Assembly (NCBI GenBank): GCA_041595255.1
Contig: JBFHKR010000001.1
Span: 1,140 to 65,139, forward strand
DNA length: 64,000 nucleotides
From: Chlorobiota bacterium
GTDB lineage: Bacteria > Bacteroidota > Ignavibacteria > Kapaibacteriales > UBA2268
Reading direction: 5' to 3'
Below, one piece after another: positions 1-11,265 of the stretch; positions within the stretch are counted from its first letter, which is position 1; each line of letters starts with the position of its first letter. The translations under genes were made by a program, and so were the position numbers. The notes below the pieces were generated by a model. That model made no database searches. It saw only the letters and a program-made list of their open reading frames with translations, and was not told the origin of the DNA.

Positions 1-26
1 GACTTCTTCAATTAAACCTGTGAACA

Positions 27-2183
27 TTATAACTTCTCAATAAATTCAAAATCTATTTGTGATTTACCAATATTAATTTTTGCGATTTTTACTCTAAGTC
101 TAGTGCCAATCGTAAATTCTGTTTTAGTTCTTTTACCAACGAATTTCAGATTTTTTTCGTCAAAACGGTAATAATCATTTCCTAAATCTTTAACATGTAG
201 TAAACCTTCTACATTTAACTCGTCTAATATAAGAAATAATCCGAAATTAATAACACCAGTTACAGTACCATTGTATTCGTTACCAACTTTGTTACGAACC
301 ATTATCACTGCAGCCAGTTTGTTGCTAGCTCTTTCTGCTTCCATAGATTTTCGTTCAGTAAGTGAGATATGGTCTGAAACTGATTTAGTAAAAGGTTTTA
401 AGTAATCGATTCTAGATTTGGATGCTTTACCCTTTGATTTCATATATTCTTTTAACAATCTATGAACAACTAGATCTGCATATCTTCTGATAGGAGATGT
501 AAAGTGGGTATAATCTTCAAATCCTAGTCCAAAGTGACCATAATTCTTTTGAGAATAAATAGCTTTAGCCATAGACCTAATTAATACCTGATTAATAACA
601 GGGGAGTTCGGAGTATCCTCAAATCTATTTAAAATATTGTTTATATCTTTAGCTCTTACTTCACTTACTTTTTTGAACTTATTGCCAGTCAAATGACCGA
701 TAAACTGAAATGCTTCATTAACAATAGCTCTGTCAGGATCTTCGTGAATTCTATATATAAAAGGAAGAGTTTCCTTATTACCAGCTTTTTTACTTAACTC
801 TTTTACAAATAATGTAACAGAACGATTCGCTAAAAGCATGAACTCTTCTATCATTTGAGTAGATTTCGTTGCACTCTTTATATTACTTTTTATTGGTATT
901 CTATCTTCATTTAGCTCAAAACGTAACTCTGAACTAGAGAAATTAATCCCACCATTTTCAAATCTCTTATGCCTTAACTTTTGAGAAATTTCAGCTAATG
1001 TTTGCATTAGCTCCGAATTCTCGTCCTTGCCACCATTTATTGCGTCTAGAGCTTCTTCATAGCTATATCTTTTTTTACTATTGATAAGAGTCTCATGTAA
1101 TTCATAGTGAATTAATTCATAATTACTATCCAATGTCATAAAGACAGAAAAAGCATTTCTATCTATGTTCGGCTTGAGTGAGCATATATCGTTCGATAGC
1201 ACCTCTGGTAGCATAGGCACAACTCTATCAACTAGATATGTACTATTACCCCTTTCTCGTGCTTCAATGTCTATCTCTGAGTTCTCAGGAACATAAAAGC
1301 TTACGTCTGCTATATGCACTCCTAGAACTATATTATTATTTTCATCATATTCTAAAGAGATTGCATCATCAAAATCCTTAGCATCAGCTGGATCAACGGT
1401 GATGATAAACTTATCTCTTATATCTTTTCGTCCCTTGCTAATTTTAGTTTCACTCGGGTCTTTTATTTTGTTAGCTTCTTTTTGAACTTTATCAGGAAAT
1501 ACTTCATTTAGTTCATATTCATCTACTATTCTATCGAAAGCCGACCTTAAATCTTCTATATTTTCGTTCACTACTTTTACCTTTACTTTTGGTGGCTTTT
1601 TCGGATTACTCCAATTTGTTAAGACTCCTTTAGCTTTCTTACCTTCCAACAAACCTAAATCATCATGCCATTCTATTAAAAAATCGTATCTATACTTATC
1701 AGGATTTGTTTTTAGATAGTACTCACCACCACTAAATTCTACTGTTCCTTCTATCTCATTATTCTTTCTTTCTACTATATCAACTACTACACCGTAATTC
1801 TTACCTTTCTTTATATCAAGCAATTTGACCAATACTTTATCACCATCTAGAGCAGTATAACTATGCTCATTGTCAACATAAAAAATACTGTTTTCTGAAT
1901 CTATAACTACAACTACAGAATGACCTCTTTTGTAATTATAATATCCTTCGTAGACATCAGTCGAATTATCAAATAGCTTATATTTTCCTTTGCTATTTTT
2001 AGATACAAGTTTATTTTCTGATAGTTCAACTAATATTTCTTCTATGTCGGAAGATTCAATTCCATTTGACTTAGCGTCTAATTCTTTTAATATTTGACTG
2101 ATATTTAGAGGTTTCGGGGTATCTGACAATACTAATAATAATTGATCGGTGAGTTGTTCTTTATTCATTTTAAGAGTAAACAC
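27..2183 (-). CDS. rnr: Ribonuclease R (RNB-family 3'-5' exoribonuclease with C-terminal S1 domain)
   Basis: 718 aa. RNB catalytic core motifs are present (HFTSPIRRYADLVVHRLL), with cold-shock/S1 regions and a C-terminal S1-like tail. Confidence 0.88.
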   Translation of the reverse strand: MFTLKMNKEQLTDQLLLVLSDTPKPLNISQILKELDAKSNGIESSDIEEILVELSENKLVSKNSKGKYKLFDNSTDVYEGYYNYKRGHSVVVVIDSENSIFYVDNEHSYTALDGDKVLVKLLDIKKGKNYGVVVDIVERKNNEIEGTVEFSGGEYYLKTNPDKYRYDFLIEWHDDLGLLEGKKAKGVLTNWSNPKKPPKVKVKVVNENIEDLRSAFDRIVDEYELNEVFPDKVQKEANKIKDPSETKISKGRKDIRDKFIITVDPADAKDFDDAISLEYDENNNIVLGVHIADVSFYVPENSEIDIEARERGNSTYLVDRVVPMLPEVLSNDICSLKPNIDRNAFSVFMTLDSNYELIHYELHETLINSKKRYSYEEALDAINGGKDENSELMQTLAEISQKLRHKRFENGGINFSSSELRFELNEDRIPIKSNIKSATKSTQMIEEFMLLANRSVTLFVKELSKKAGNKETLPFIYRIHEDPDRAIVNEAFQFIGHLTGNKFKKVSEVRAKDINNILNRFEDTPNSPVINQVLIRSMAKAIYSQKNYGHFGLGFEDYTHFTSPIRRYADLVVHRLLKEYMKSKGKASKSRIDYLKPFTKSVSDHISLTERKSMEAERASNKLAAVIMVRNKVGNEYNGTVTGVINFGLFLILDELNVEGLLHVKDLGNDYYRFDEKNLKFVGKRTKTEFTIGTRLRVKIAKINIGKSQIDFEFIEKL

Positions 2184-4251
2184 TTACTGTGTTAGTTTTT
2201 TCTTTTGATACATTAAGTGCATCATTAACATATTTGATAGAGTTTTTATAAGTTGAATTACTATCTAATTCACAAATTCCAACGCTAACTGTTATATTAT
2301 AACGTTTATCTGCCAAATAAAGTGATTCACTTGCAATCTTATTTCTTATACGTTCAGCCCATAGCTTTGCGGACTGCGCCTTTTTACCAGGAAGAATTAC
2401 AATTAGGTTATTGTCTAATATACCTTTTATATCTAATTTATCTAATGTCGAATCAAGTGAATTATTTATAAACTTTAGTATAGTATCGTTTATTCTTTCA
2501 TCTTGGTCATCTATAGATTTGTATTTATCAAAACATATAGATACAATTGAGCTACAATAATCAAATGAAGTAATTCTAGTTATTTCTTTTTCAATTTCTT
2601 TTTCAATTGATTTTTCAGTTAATAAGCCACTTTCTGGATCTTTGTCAAAACCAGTTTCAATCATTTCTATTAAATGATTGTTTTCAATAATTTTAGATGC
2701 CTTACTTACTAGCGCTTTAATAAAGTTTCGTTCGCTTTTATCTAGGTTAGAACCATCTTTACCTTCTACTGCGATTGCTCCGTAAGTATCTATCTCTGTG
2801 GAAAGTGGGATTATATAAAAGTATCCTGAACTCATATCTTCACCAACATTGATTCTAATTAAATCACTATCAGGTTCTAATAAATAAATATCTTCTTCTG
2901 TATCAACACACTCTGAAAGAATCGAGTTATCATTGTTAAATACGAATCCTTTTTCGAAATCAGCATTTTCAGTTTTAGCTACAGATTCTATCACATAATT
3001 AGTTCGTGAATCATCCAATAATATTGAATAAACATTTCTTGTGTTGAATAAATTATCTAAAATACTCACTAATTCATTGTAAATAGAAATATTACTATTA
3101 ACTTTTACTGTATCTTCTAGTTTATTAAATGCTTTAAGATATTTCGAATCCTGAGCAAGATCATATTTATCTGAGTAGCTTCTTATAAGACCAGAAATTA
3201 GCTTTGCGAAATGACTTAAAAAATTAACCATTACAGCATCGTATGCATCAGAATGCTTTGAATCCGCAGTTAGAACACCAATTACATTTTTATCATAAAT
3301 TACAGGAATCCCAATAAATGAATTTGTCCCAGAGTTTGAAGTATAATACGGTAATAAGTCAAGTTCTGCAGCAGGATTGATATCAGTAAGTATCTCAGGT
3401 TTCATACTTCTTGCTATCTGACTAACTATATCATTACCTGCCACGAATTTCGATTTTCTGTTAATTACAGTCTTACTTTCTGTAGCAAATGAGTTTAGTA
3501 TTATTTCATTTTTATGTTCATTGTAAAAGAAATATGCAGCTGTTCTTGTATTGCTTACAGATCTGATTGCCATTAATATTCTATTAATAAAAAACTCAAA
3601 CTCTTTATCTGGTTGTTCTTTCAAGATAGGCATTTCTTCCAAAAGACCTTGAGTTGGTATATTTATTTCGCGTTTTCTAAATCTATTTGGACTATTAAAG
3701 TTACTAACCTCTTTAATGTTGGATTTTATAGTTTCGTTCTTCTCTATCTCTCCGATTTCTTCTTTATTTTCAGATTCAACATTTTCGTCTGTAACTACAT
3801 TCTGATGAATTGGTGTAGCTTTTTGTTCGATTTCTTTTTCTTTTTTTACAATTCTAAAACCTTCTTCTTCACCCATAGTATTTTTTAGAGGTTTCTTTGA
3901 TAATTCTGGAGTGCTATTAATCTCATTTTCAGTTTTAGTTTCTTTTTCTTCAATGTCTCCACTATAATTTTCAATAACTTGTCTTACAGCTTCAGGACTT
4001 TTCTTTACTGTAATCTTGAAATTAGGGGGAGGGTTTGATTTGAATTTCGTTTCAACAGATGATGACATTCTTGTAGTTAGTTTCATCAATAAAACGACAA
4101 CTCCTAGTATAGAGATACTAACACCTATTAGCTTAATCGCGATTTCAGAAATAAAAAATGAAATGATTATCCCTATTAATACCATGCTGATAGGCATAAT
4201 ATCACTAGGGATAAATAAAGATTTGAATTCGTTGAATTTGTTATTTGACAT
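2170..4251 (-). CDS. Membrane-anchored GAF-GAF sensor protein with C-terminal degenerate GGDEF domain
   Basis: 693 aa. N-terminal TM helices and an E/K-rich linker are followed by two GAF-like regions. A GGDEF-like start DPESGLL is present, but the GG(D/E)EF signature is replaced by GILDN. The ORF overlaps the rnr start by 14 nt. Confidence 0.55.
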   Translation of the reverse strand: MSNNKFNEFKSLFIPSDIMPISMVLIGIIISFFISEIAIKLIGVSISILGVVVLLMKLTTRMSSSVETKFKSNPPPNFKITVKKSPEAVRQVIENYSGDIEEKETKTENEINSTPELSKKPLKNTMGEEEGFRIVKKEKEIEQKATPIHQNVVTDENVESENKEEIGEIEKNETIKSNIKEVSNFNSPNRFRKREINIPTQGLLEEMPILKEQPDKEFEFFINRILMAIRSVSNTRTAAYFFYNEHKNEIILNSFATESKTVINRKSKFVAGNDIVSQIARSMKPEILTDINPAAELDLLPYYTSNSGTNSFIGIPVIYDKNVIGVLTADSKHSDAYDAVMVNFLSHFAKLISGLIRSYSDKYDLAQDSKYLKAFNKLEDTVKVNSNISIYNELVSILDNLFNTRNVYSILLDDSRTNYVIESVAKTENADFEKGFVFNNDNSILSECVDTEEDIYLLEPDSDLIRINVGEDMSSGYFYIIPLSTEIDTYGAIAVEGKDGSNLDKSERNFIKALVSKASKIIENNHLIEMIETGFDKDPESGLLTEKSIEKEIEKEITRITSFDYCSSIVSICFDKYKSIDDQDERINDTILKFINNSLDSTLDKLDIKGILDNNLIVILPGKKAQSAKLWAERIRNKIASESLYLADKRYNITVSVGICELDSNSTYKNSIKYVNDALNVSKEKTNTVSVYS

Positions 4252-4342
4252 TGATTATTCTATTTAAAACTATATAAATTGAACAATGCCAAATATATAA
4301 GATTTGTATTACTGTTTCAAATAATACTTGTAAACATATAGT

Positions 4343-5317
4343 CTAATATTGGAATTTTCCTATCAAATCCCAAGTGTATGTAGTCTCAACTACTTGATTA
4401 AACTTAAGGTTACCAATTTTACCTGTTAAAAGAGCTTTTAGATTAGCTCTTGAATATTTTACATTTCCTCCGGTGTGCAAATCTGTATTCATTTCACCAG
4501 TTGCTACTGCAGAAGTTATAGTACAATTTCTATCTAAATCTGGTAATATTACGTTTTCTATAGGATTTTTTAGTGAAAGACTATCCATTTTAGTAGAAAT
4601 ATGATACTCATTATTAGAGTAACCATTAAACGTGTTCACTAACTCTCCGCTTACAGGAACATTGCAGACAAAAAATTGTGATTCACTTTTCCATGAAGTA
4701 TCTTTAGTAACTTCGAATGGTGGATATATTCCTTTAGGTACATCAAATGAGAATCTTAATCTTTCATTTGAAAGAGAATAGAGTATTTGACCTCTTTTAA
4801 TCTCATCGTGTGTTTTGGCATATTGCATTCTTTCATTTTCAAGTTTTTCTCCATCTATTTTCGCAACATCTCCATACGAAGAATAAAGCATATTAAATGT
4901 CTGTCCGTATTGAACATAAGATGTGAAAAAATCCATAAAATTTAATGGCAATTCCATTTCGTAATCAGTAGAAATATAATATACTTTTTTGTTATCTGAG
5001 TTTAGTCTATACTCCACGGAATCAGTTTTTATTTCCACCAATAAAAACCCATTTTCATCTATTGGACTTGGAACAAATACATTGTACCAATGTGTGACTG
5101 TCTTATCATATTCATTAACTGTACTATCTTCAAAAACTCTTTTTACTTTTGTGTTTTCAGTAACCCTATAAATATGATAAACTAACTGACTAAGTTTAAA
5201 AGAAACATCATATTTTGGTACTTCTTCCACAGATTCACTCCCAGTAACGGTGGCATCTTGACTATAAGTAATAGATCCAATTGATAAAAAAAGTATGAAT
5301 AATGTAATAAGTTTCAT
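4343..5317 (-). CDS. Hypothetical secreted protein (signal peptide)
   Basis: 324 aa. N-terminal signal peptide MKLITLFILFLSIGSITYSQ. No recognisable domain. Confidence 0.4.
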   Translation of the reverse strand: MKLITLFILFLSIGSITYSQDATVTGSESVEEVPKYDVSFKLSQLVYHIYRVTENTKVKRVFEDSTVNEYDKTVTHWYNVFVPSPIDENGFLLVEIKTDSVEYRLNSDNKKVYYISTDYEMELPLNFMDFFTSYVQYGQTFNMLYSSYGDVAKIDGEKLENERMQYAKTHDEIKRGQILYSLSNERLRFSFDVPKGIYPPFEVTKDTSWKSESQFFVCNVPVSGELVNTFNGYSNNEYHISTKMDSLSLKNPIENVILPDLDRNCTITSAVATGEMNTDLHTGGNVKYSRANLKALLTGKIGNLKFNQVVETTYTWDLIGKFQY

Positions 5318-5420
5318 GTTTGAACCAATAATTTTAAGTTGAAATATTTAGTTTGAATACTTACTTACGGTTTACGTAAAAAAGTATAATTAAGTTTCTA
5401 TAAAAATAGTAGATGGGGTA

Positions 5421-5450
5421 TAAAAAAAGCCCTCTTAAGCAAAGAGGGCA
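5421..5450 (-). terminator. Rho-independent terminator downstream of ndk
   Basis: GC stem gccctctt..aagagggc followed by a T-run on the minus strand (A-run 5422-5428 on plus). Confidence 0.7.
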
Positions 5451-5462
5451 GAACTTCGAAAA

Positions 5463-5891
5463 TTATTGATTGATATTGACAATATCAGATCTCGAAAAGA
5501 AGAAATTAGTTTCAATCGATGCATTTTCGTCAGAATCAGAACCATGTATTGCATTAGCTTCAATACCAGCACCATACAATTTCCTGATTGTGCCCTCTTC
5601 AGCTTCTGCTGGGTTAGTAGCACCAATTAGTTTTCTAAAATCATCTACAGCATTTTCTTTTTCTAATGCTATAGGAACTACAGGACCACTAGTCATATAG
5701 TCTATTAATTCACCATAAAATGGTCTTTCTTTATGAACTTCATAAAAAGCACCTGCTTGTGCTCTTGTTAATCTGATTAATCTTAAACCATTTATTTTAA
5801 ATCCAGCTTGAGTTATTTTAGCTACTATTTCACCTATAACATTTTTAGCTACTGCATCTGGTTTTATGATTGCTATTGTTTTGTTTGACAT
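5463..5891 (-). CDS. ndk: Nucleoside diphosphate kinase
   Basis: 142 aa. NDK motifs are present, including the active-site His context NAIHGSDS. Confidence 0.95.
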   Translation of the reverse strand: MSNKTIAIIKPDAVAKNVIGEIVAKITQAGFKINGLRLIRLTRAQAGAFYEVHKERPFYGELIDYMTSGPVVPIALEKENAVDDFRKLIGATNPAEAEEGTIRKLYGAGIEANAIHGSDSDENASIETNFFFSRSDIVNINQ

Positions 5892-5933
5892 TATTTGCCT
5901 TTTCTAATTAATAAAACACTAAATATATAAAAA

Positions 5934-6833
5934 TTATAATCCTAAAGCTTTTTTAGCAGTTGTTCCAAGAGTACCTGGTGTATCTACAACAAAAATACCT
6001 GCATCTTTCATAGCAGCTATTTTATCTTCTGCAGAGCCCTTACCACCAGCAACTATAGCACCAGCATGTCCCATTCTTCTACCTGGGGGAGCTGTTCTAC
6101 CTGCTATAAATCCTACTACTGGTTTTTTAACAAATTCTTTGATATAAGCAGCTGCTTCTTCTTCAGCATTTCCTCCGATTTCACCAATCATAACTATACA
6201 CTCTGTTTCAGGGTCTTCATTGAATAATTTGATTGCATCTATAAACTGAGTCCCAATGATTGGATCCCCACCGATACCGATACATGTTGATTGTCCAAGT
6301 CCTTCATCAGTTAATTGTTTTACAGCTTCGTAAGTTAGAGTACCACTTCTAGAAACTAAACCAACTTTACCTCTTGAATGTATAAATCCAGGCATGATAC
6401 CAATTTTAGCTTCACCAGGAGTAATAACTCCAGGACAGTTTGGTCCAATCAATCTTGAATCAGAATTCAATAATGCAGCTTTAACTGTTATCATATCTTT
6501 TACAGGAATACCTTCTGTGATACATATAATCAAAGGTATACCAGCTTCGATAGCTTCCAGTATTGCATCTGCAGCAAATGGAGGAGGTACAAAAATTACA
6601 GATGCGTTTGCACCAGTTTTTTCGACCGCTTCTTTTGCTGTATTAAATACGGCTACTTCTTTTTCAAATTTATTTATTTCATTACCTTTGTAACTAGTCC
6701 CACCCTTACCTGGTGTAACCCCTGCTACTACGTTAGTACCGTATTCTATCATCTGCATAGTATGGAAAGTACCTTCAGTTCCAGTTATACCTTGTACCAA
6801 TAATTTTGTGTCTTTGTTTACTAAAACGCTCAT
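5934..6833 (-). CDS. sucD: Succinyl-CoA ligase (ADP-forming) alpha subunit
   Basis: 299 aa. CoA-binding N-terminus ([12 protein letters not shown]), catalytic His loop (GHAGAI) and a typical SucD C-terminus. No sucC is adjacent. Confidence 0.93.
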   Translation of the reverse strand: MSVLVNKDTKLLVQGITGTEGTFHTMQMIEYGTNVVAGVTPGKGGTSYKGNEINKFEKEVAVFNTAKEAVEKTGANASVIFVPPPFAADAILEAIEAGIPLIICITEGIPVKDMITVKAALLNSDSRLIGPNCPGVITPGEAKIGIMPGFIHSRGKVGLVSRSGTLTYEAVKQLTDEGLGQSTCIGIGGDPIIGTQFIDAIKLFNEDPETECIVMIGEIGGNAEEEAAAYIKEFVKKPVVGFIAGRTAPPGRRMGHAGAIVAGGKGSAEDKIAAMKDAGIFVVDTPGTLGTTAKKALGL

Positions 6834-6921
6834 ATATATTATATTGTTAATTATTATTTTACTATTTCAATTTTCAAAGTTAAAGAAAAATATCAAGATT
6901 TCACTATTCTAATTATCCAAC

Positions 6922-9900
6922 GTGGAGAAAAACATCAATTTAAAGCTATTCATAATATTTTGTTACTTATTAATATTCATTTTTTCGGATGTCCAAAGAT
7001 TAGTTTCCCTAGAATATAATTTGAGGCGAATAGATGTAAGCAATGGGCTTTCACAGAATTCTGTCAATACGATTTATGAAGATAAATTCGGACTAATTTG
7101 GATTGGAACTAACGATGGTCTAAATAGATTAGAAGGCGACAAAATAGAAATTTTCTACAGCGATGATAATCTAAATTGTTCACTTAAAAGTGATAAAATA
7201 CTAGATATGAAAGAAGATAATAGATTCCGACTTTGGTTAGCAACACCAGGTATTGGTGTTTCTTATTATAATTACAAAAGAAATTGTTTTGATTATTTGG
7301 ATATTACTTACAAAAAAAATCAAGAATTAGTACAATCCATAGAAATAGATACTTTACGAAATACTTTATGGGTTGCTACAGATGGTGGGGGAATCTTCAG
7401 CTATAATTATTTAACAAATCGTAAAATAGACTATCACAATAATCTTAGTAAAGATATAATTTCCACTGAATTCAAAGCTATTAAGAAAATAGGAGAATTT
7501 ATCTATGCCGGTAATTCGAAAGGACAATTAATTGAAATTAATTTATCTAAAAATGCAAAAAGAATATTTAATATAACTAATTCTAAGATTATGAATATTG
7601 AAAAACAATCCAATAAGCTCTTTATAACAACTGAAAGCGATGGTTATTTTCTTTTTGATCCTATCTCAAATAATAGTTATAAAGAGATTATTAATAAGTC
7701 TACTGATATAGATTCTAATTATACTTTAATAAAATCTTGTCACAGAGTAAATGATTATGAATTTGTAATAGCCTCAATAGAAGGTATATCTTACTTAAAA
7801 ATAGAAAATAATAAAATAAATATTATAAAAAGCTTAAACGATAGATCAGCAAATTTAGATTACAGCTCATTTCTAAGTGTTTTTATCGATTCTAAAGGTA
7901 CTCAGTGGTATGGCTCAAATGGATTTGGCTTGTTTTATAATAATGATTATTTCAATTCATTTAGAATTACTAAAAAGGGGATAGGTCAATTATCATTTAA
8001 TTCAGTTAGAAGTATTAGACAAATTGATGAAAAGCTGTGGATTGGTGGTTACGGCGGTTTAAATAAATATGATTCTAAGAATAAAAAGATGAATTATGTA
8101 CCGTATACAAAATATAAATCCAATTCTAAAAGCTGGGAGTCAAGTATAAATGCCGAGAGCATATATTGCTTTTTGCAAGATCCTGAAAATTCAGATATAG
8201 TATGGATAGGTACTGAAGACAATGGGCTATATAAGTATTCTAAGTCAAAGGACAAATATCAGTTTGTTAGGTTTAATCAGACTTACGACAAAATGACTAA
8301 AATGAATGCGATTTATTCAATTAATGTTTATAAAAAGAATCTAATATTAGGTACACGAAATGGTATAATTGCTTTCGAACCAGAATCTGAAACATATAGC
8401 AGAATCGAGTCAATAAATAATGAAATAGGAAAAGACGTGCTACATGTCAAGAATATATTTGTAAATGGGGATCTACTTTATTGTGTATTTGATGGACTTG
8501 GAGTTTATATTTATTCCTTTGAAACAGCCAAGATAAAAAAGCTATCAGACTATTTCCCTATTATTGATATTAGTATCTTTAAGAGTTCCAACTCAATAAG
8601 TCAGTTTGATGAGAATTTAATTTTATGTACTAAAGAAAAGGGATTTTATTTACTGAATCTTAAAGATAGTACATTTGTTAATTATTATACAGGTAATGGC
8701 TTAAATAATAATTGTGTATATCAAGTAATAGATGATGGTAGTAATAATCTTTGGATTTCTACTAATAAAGGACTTTCTAAGGTTGACATTGTCTCAAATA
8801 TTATTACCAATTTCGATAACAATATATTTAAATTGAACTCAGAATATAATTTAAATGCAGCATATAAATTAAATGATACCTCTCTTTACTTTGGAGGTAC
8901 TGACGGTATTGTGAATTTTAATCCTAAATTAATTTCAAATTTCGAATTTAACCCGAAACTAATTGTAAAGTCTGTTGAATTGAATTATAAAGATAGTATT
9001 TATTTTTATTATTTTTTAACGGATGATACGATTAATGTTTCTTTCGTAGATGATTTAGTAGAAGTTGAGTTAATGACTGACGAATATTTATTTAACAAAG
9101 GATTGAGATTTGAATATAGATGGAATAAATCTGATTGGGTTTTAGGCACAGGTACTAAAATAAGACTGACAAATCTAGTGTCTGGGTTGAATAGAATTGA
9201 AATAAGAGTCTATGATAATAGCGGAAAAATCAATCAAAACTTAACTTTTTATATCAATCTAAATGAAAGTATTATTAATACAACCTCAATTCTAGTAATG
9301 TTAATTATTTTAATTATCATTATTGGATATTTTATTTACAAAAAGTTTATAAGATATAGCAAAGTAAAGATAAAAGAGTTGACAGGACAAAATGATATCC
9401 TTTTAAATCAAATTACAAAGAAGGATTACTATAATAATCTAATTGAGAACAATATTCCTAATGTCATTTGGAAAACAGATAAGGATTTTAATTTCGAATA
9501 TGTTACTCCAAATATATATAATTACTATGGATTAAAAAAAGAAGATGGACTTAATAATCTTAATAACATATATATACAAGATGATATTATTGAACTAAAA
9601 GAAGAAATAAACAGACTAAAACATTTTAGAAAAAAAATAGAAAGAAAACTATTTCATAAAAGCCCGTTCAAAACTATTGCTGAATATTCGGAAGTTCAAA
9701 TCACGATAAATGTGAATAGCAAAGGAGATTTTGAAGGTTTGATTGGGGTTGTAAAAGATAATAAAGAACAACAAAAGGCTAGATTACAAATCATCGAACG
9801 AGAAGAACTATTTAGTACATTGGTAAGCACTATATTAGAGCCAGTATTGATTACGAATTGGAGTGGTGATATATTATTTGCAAATAATGAAGCAAAGAAT

Positions 9901-11265
9901 GTATTTGAAATAAATCAAAATAGTATATCTGAAAATAATTTATTCGAATATTTGGAAGATCCATTAAATCATGAATTGCGAAAAGACAGCTATTTAGTCA
10001 AAAATGGAGAGTCATTTGAGAAAAAACAATATGTTTTAAATGTAAATAACAGACAAAAAACTATTGAAGGAAGTGGTACTCAACTTACTTATTATGGTAA
10101 AACTGTGTTTTTACTTACATTCAGAGATGTTACTCAAAAAATAGAATTAATCAAAGAATTGACAATCGCAAAGATAGAAGCTGAAAGAAGTTCTGAACTT
10201 AAAACTATGTACTTGTCTAATCTTACTCATGAACTTAAAACACCTATCAACGCGATATCAGGATTTACTGATATAATCATGTCTAAAAACCAAGATAGTG
10301 CAAATAGAAGCTATTTGGATTCTATAAAATCAAGTGCTAATCTATTGCTTCAATTGATTAACGATTTATTATTTTACACAAAAGCAGAGACAGGAAGATT
10401 AGAGTTAAGACCTGTACCAACTAACATTAAAACATTATTCTTAGAAATCGAGAATATATTTAACCTAGAGCTAAAAAGAAAAGGACTAAAGTTATCTAAA
10501 CTTATAAATACAAATGGTATTGAGCATTTACTAAATATAGACCAATTAAAGTTCAAACAAATATTAATTAATCTACTTAACAATTCTATAAAATACACAG
10601 AGAGTGGTAAAATAAAGGTAAGTATAACCCTTAGTACTGTCAGTAAATCCCAAGTCGATTTGTTACTAGTAGTTGAAGATACTGGAAAGGGTATACCAAA
10701 ATCCAGATTAAAAGAAATATTCTCAGCTTTTAAGCAAGTAAACATATCAGATGAGAGTGTTGGCTTTGGATTGGGATTAGCAATAGTAAAAAGAATATTA
10801 GATTCAATGAATGGTACAATAGTTGTTGAGTCAGAATTGGATAAGGGTAGTAAATTTATAGTCCAAATCAAAAATATAAACTTAGTAATAAATAAGGCAT
10901 CATCTTCTAAAAATTCTGAGAAAGCTAAAAGTAATCTAATTGAAAAATTAATTACTAGAGATGACAAATTGAGTATTTACTCGTACGAAATACTAGATGA
11001 AATTAGATTGATGATTAATGGTAGGTTTACAAGTAAGCTAAAAAATATTAATACTAACTTTCTATTAAAAGATATAAGTGAGTTTGCAGAACAATTGCAC
11101 AAGGTAGCAGAAGAGAAAGGAATAGATTTTTTAAAGTTTTATGCTGATGAACTAAAAAGTGCGGCTAAATCAATCGAAGTAGAAAAAATTAATTATTTAC
11201 TCGAAAATTTTTATAAATTAGTTGAACTAATTAATAGATTAATGGAAAAACGGAATGGAAACTAG
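6922..11265 (+). CDS. Sensor histidine kinase with periplasmic two-component-regulator beta-propeller repeats and Y_Y_Y domain, cytoplasmic PAS, HisKA and HATPase_c
   Basis: 1447 aa. Signal/TM N-terminus, repeated propeller-like segments (LWIGT, WIGG), a TM helix (ILVMLIILIIIIGYFIY), H-box LSNLTHELKTPINAI and G-boxes (GFGLGLAIVKRI). A ~140 aa C-terminal extension of unknown function follows. Confidence 0.85.
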   Translation: MEKNINLKLFIIFCYLLIFIFSDVQRLVSLEYNLRRIDVSNGLSQNSVNTIYEDKFGLIWIGTNDGLNRLEGDKIEIFYSDDNLNCSLKSDKILDMKEDNRFRLWLATPGIGVSYYNYKRNCFDYLDITYKKNQELVQSIEIDTLRNTLWVATDGGGIFSYNYLTNRKIDYHNNLSKDIISTEFKAIKKIGEFIYAGNSKGQLIEINLSKNAKRIFNITNSKIMNIEKQSNKLFITTESDGYFLFDPISNNSYKEIINKSTDIDSNYTLIKSCHRVNDYEFVIASIEGISYLKIENNKINIIKSLNDRSANLDYSSFLSVFIDSKGTQWYGSNGFGLFYNNDYFNSFRITKKGIGQLSFNSVRSIRQIDEKLWIGGYGGLNKYDSKNKKMNYVPYTKYKSNSKSWESSINAESIYCFLQDPENSDIVWIGTEDNGLYKYSKSKDKYQFVRFNQTYDKMTKMNAIYSINVYKKNLILGTRNGIIAFEPESETYSRIESINNEIGKDVLHVKNIFVNGDLLYCVFDGLGVYIYSFETAKIKKLSDYFPIIDISIFKSSNSISQFDENLILCTKEKGFYLLNLKDSTFVNYYTGNGLNNNCVYQVIDDGSNNLWISTNKGLSKVDIVSNIITNFDNNIFKLNSEYNLNAAYKLNDTSLYFGGTDGIVNFNPKLISNFEFNPKLIVKSVELNYKDSIYFYYFLTDDTINVSFVDDLVEVELMTDEYLFNKGLRFEYRWNKSDWVLGTGTKIRLTNLVSGLNRIEIRVYDNSGKINQNLTFYINLNESIINTTSILVMLIILIIIIGYFIYKKFIRYSKVKIKELTGQNDILLNQITKKDYYNNLIENNIPNVIWKTDKDFNFEYVTPNIYNYYGLKKEDGLNNLNNIYIQDDIIELKEEINRLKHFRKKIERKLFHKSPFKTIAEYSEVQITINVNSKGDFEGLIGVVKDNKEQQKARLQIIEREELFSTLVSTILEPVLITNWSGDILFANNEAKNVFEINQNSISENNLFEYLEDPLNHELRKDSYLVKNGESFEKKQYVLNVNNRQKTIEGSGTQLTYYGKTVFLLTFRDVTQKIELIKELTIAKIEAERSSELKTMYLSNLTHELKTPINAISGFTDIIMSKNQDSANRSYLDSIKSSANLLLQLINDLLFYTKAETGRLELRPVPTNIKTLFLEIENIFNLELKRKGLKLSKLINTNGIEHLLNIDQLKFKQILINLLNNSIKYTESGKIKVSITLSTVSKSQVDLLLVVEDTGKGIPKSRLKEIFSAFKQVNISDESVGFGLGLAIVKRILDSMNGTIVVESELDKGSKFIVQIKNINLVINKASSSKNSEKAKSNLIEKLITRDDKLSIYSYEILDEIRLMINGRFTSKLKNINTNFLLKDISEFAEQLHKVAEEKGIDFLKFYADELKSAAKSIEVEKINYLLENFYKLVELINRLMEKRNGN

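Noticed and set aside
3613-4267. Plus-strand ORFs (91 aa, 83 aa) inside the GAF/GGDEF gene
   Set aside because: These are shadow ORFs on the antisense strand of a well-supported gene, with low-complexity F/I-rich translations typical of AT-rich antisense frames.
5435-5700. Small ORFs overlapping ndk (63 aa minus; 76 aa plus)
   Set aside because: They overlap a canonical ndk reading frame. The 63-aa minus ORF also spans the terminator hairpin.
10374-10967. 197-aa minus-strand ORF inside the large sensor kinase
   Set aside because: It is antisense to clear HisKA/HATPase coding sequence and shows no motif.
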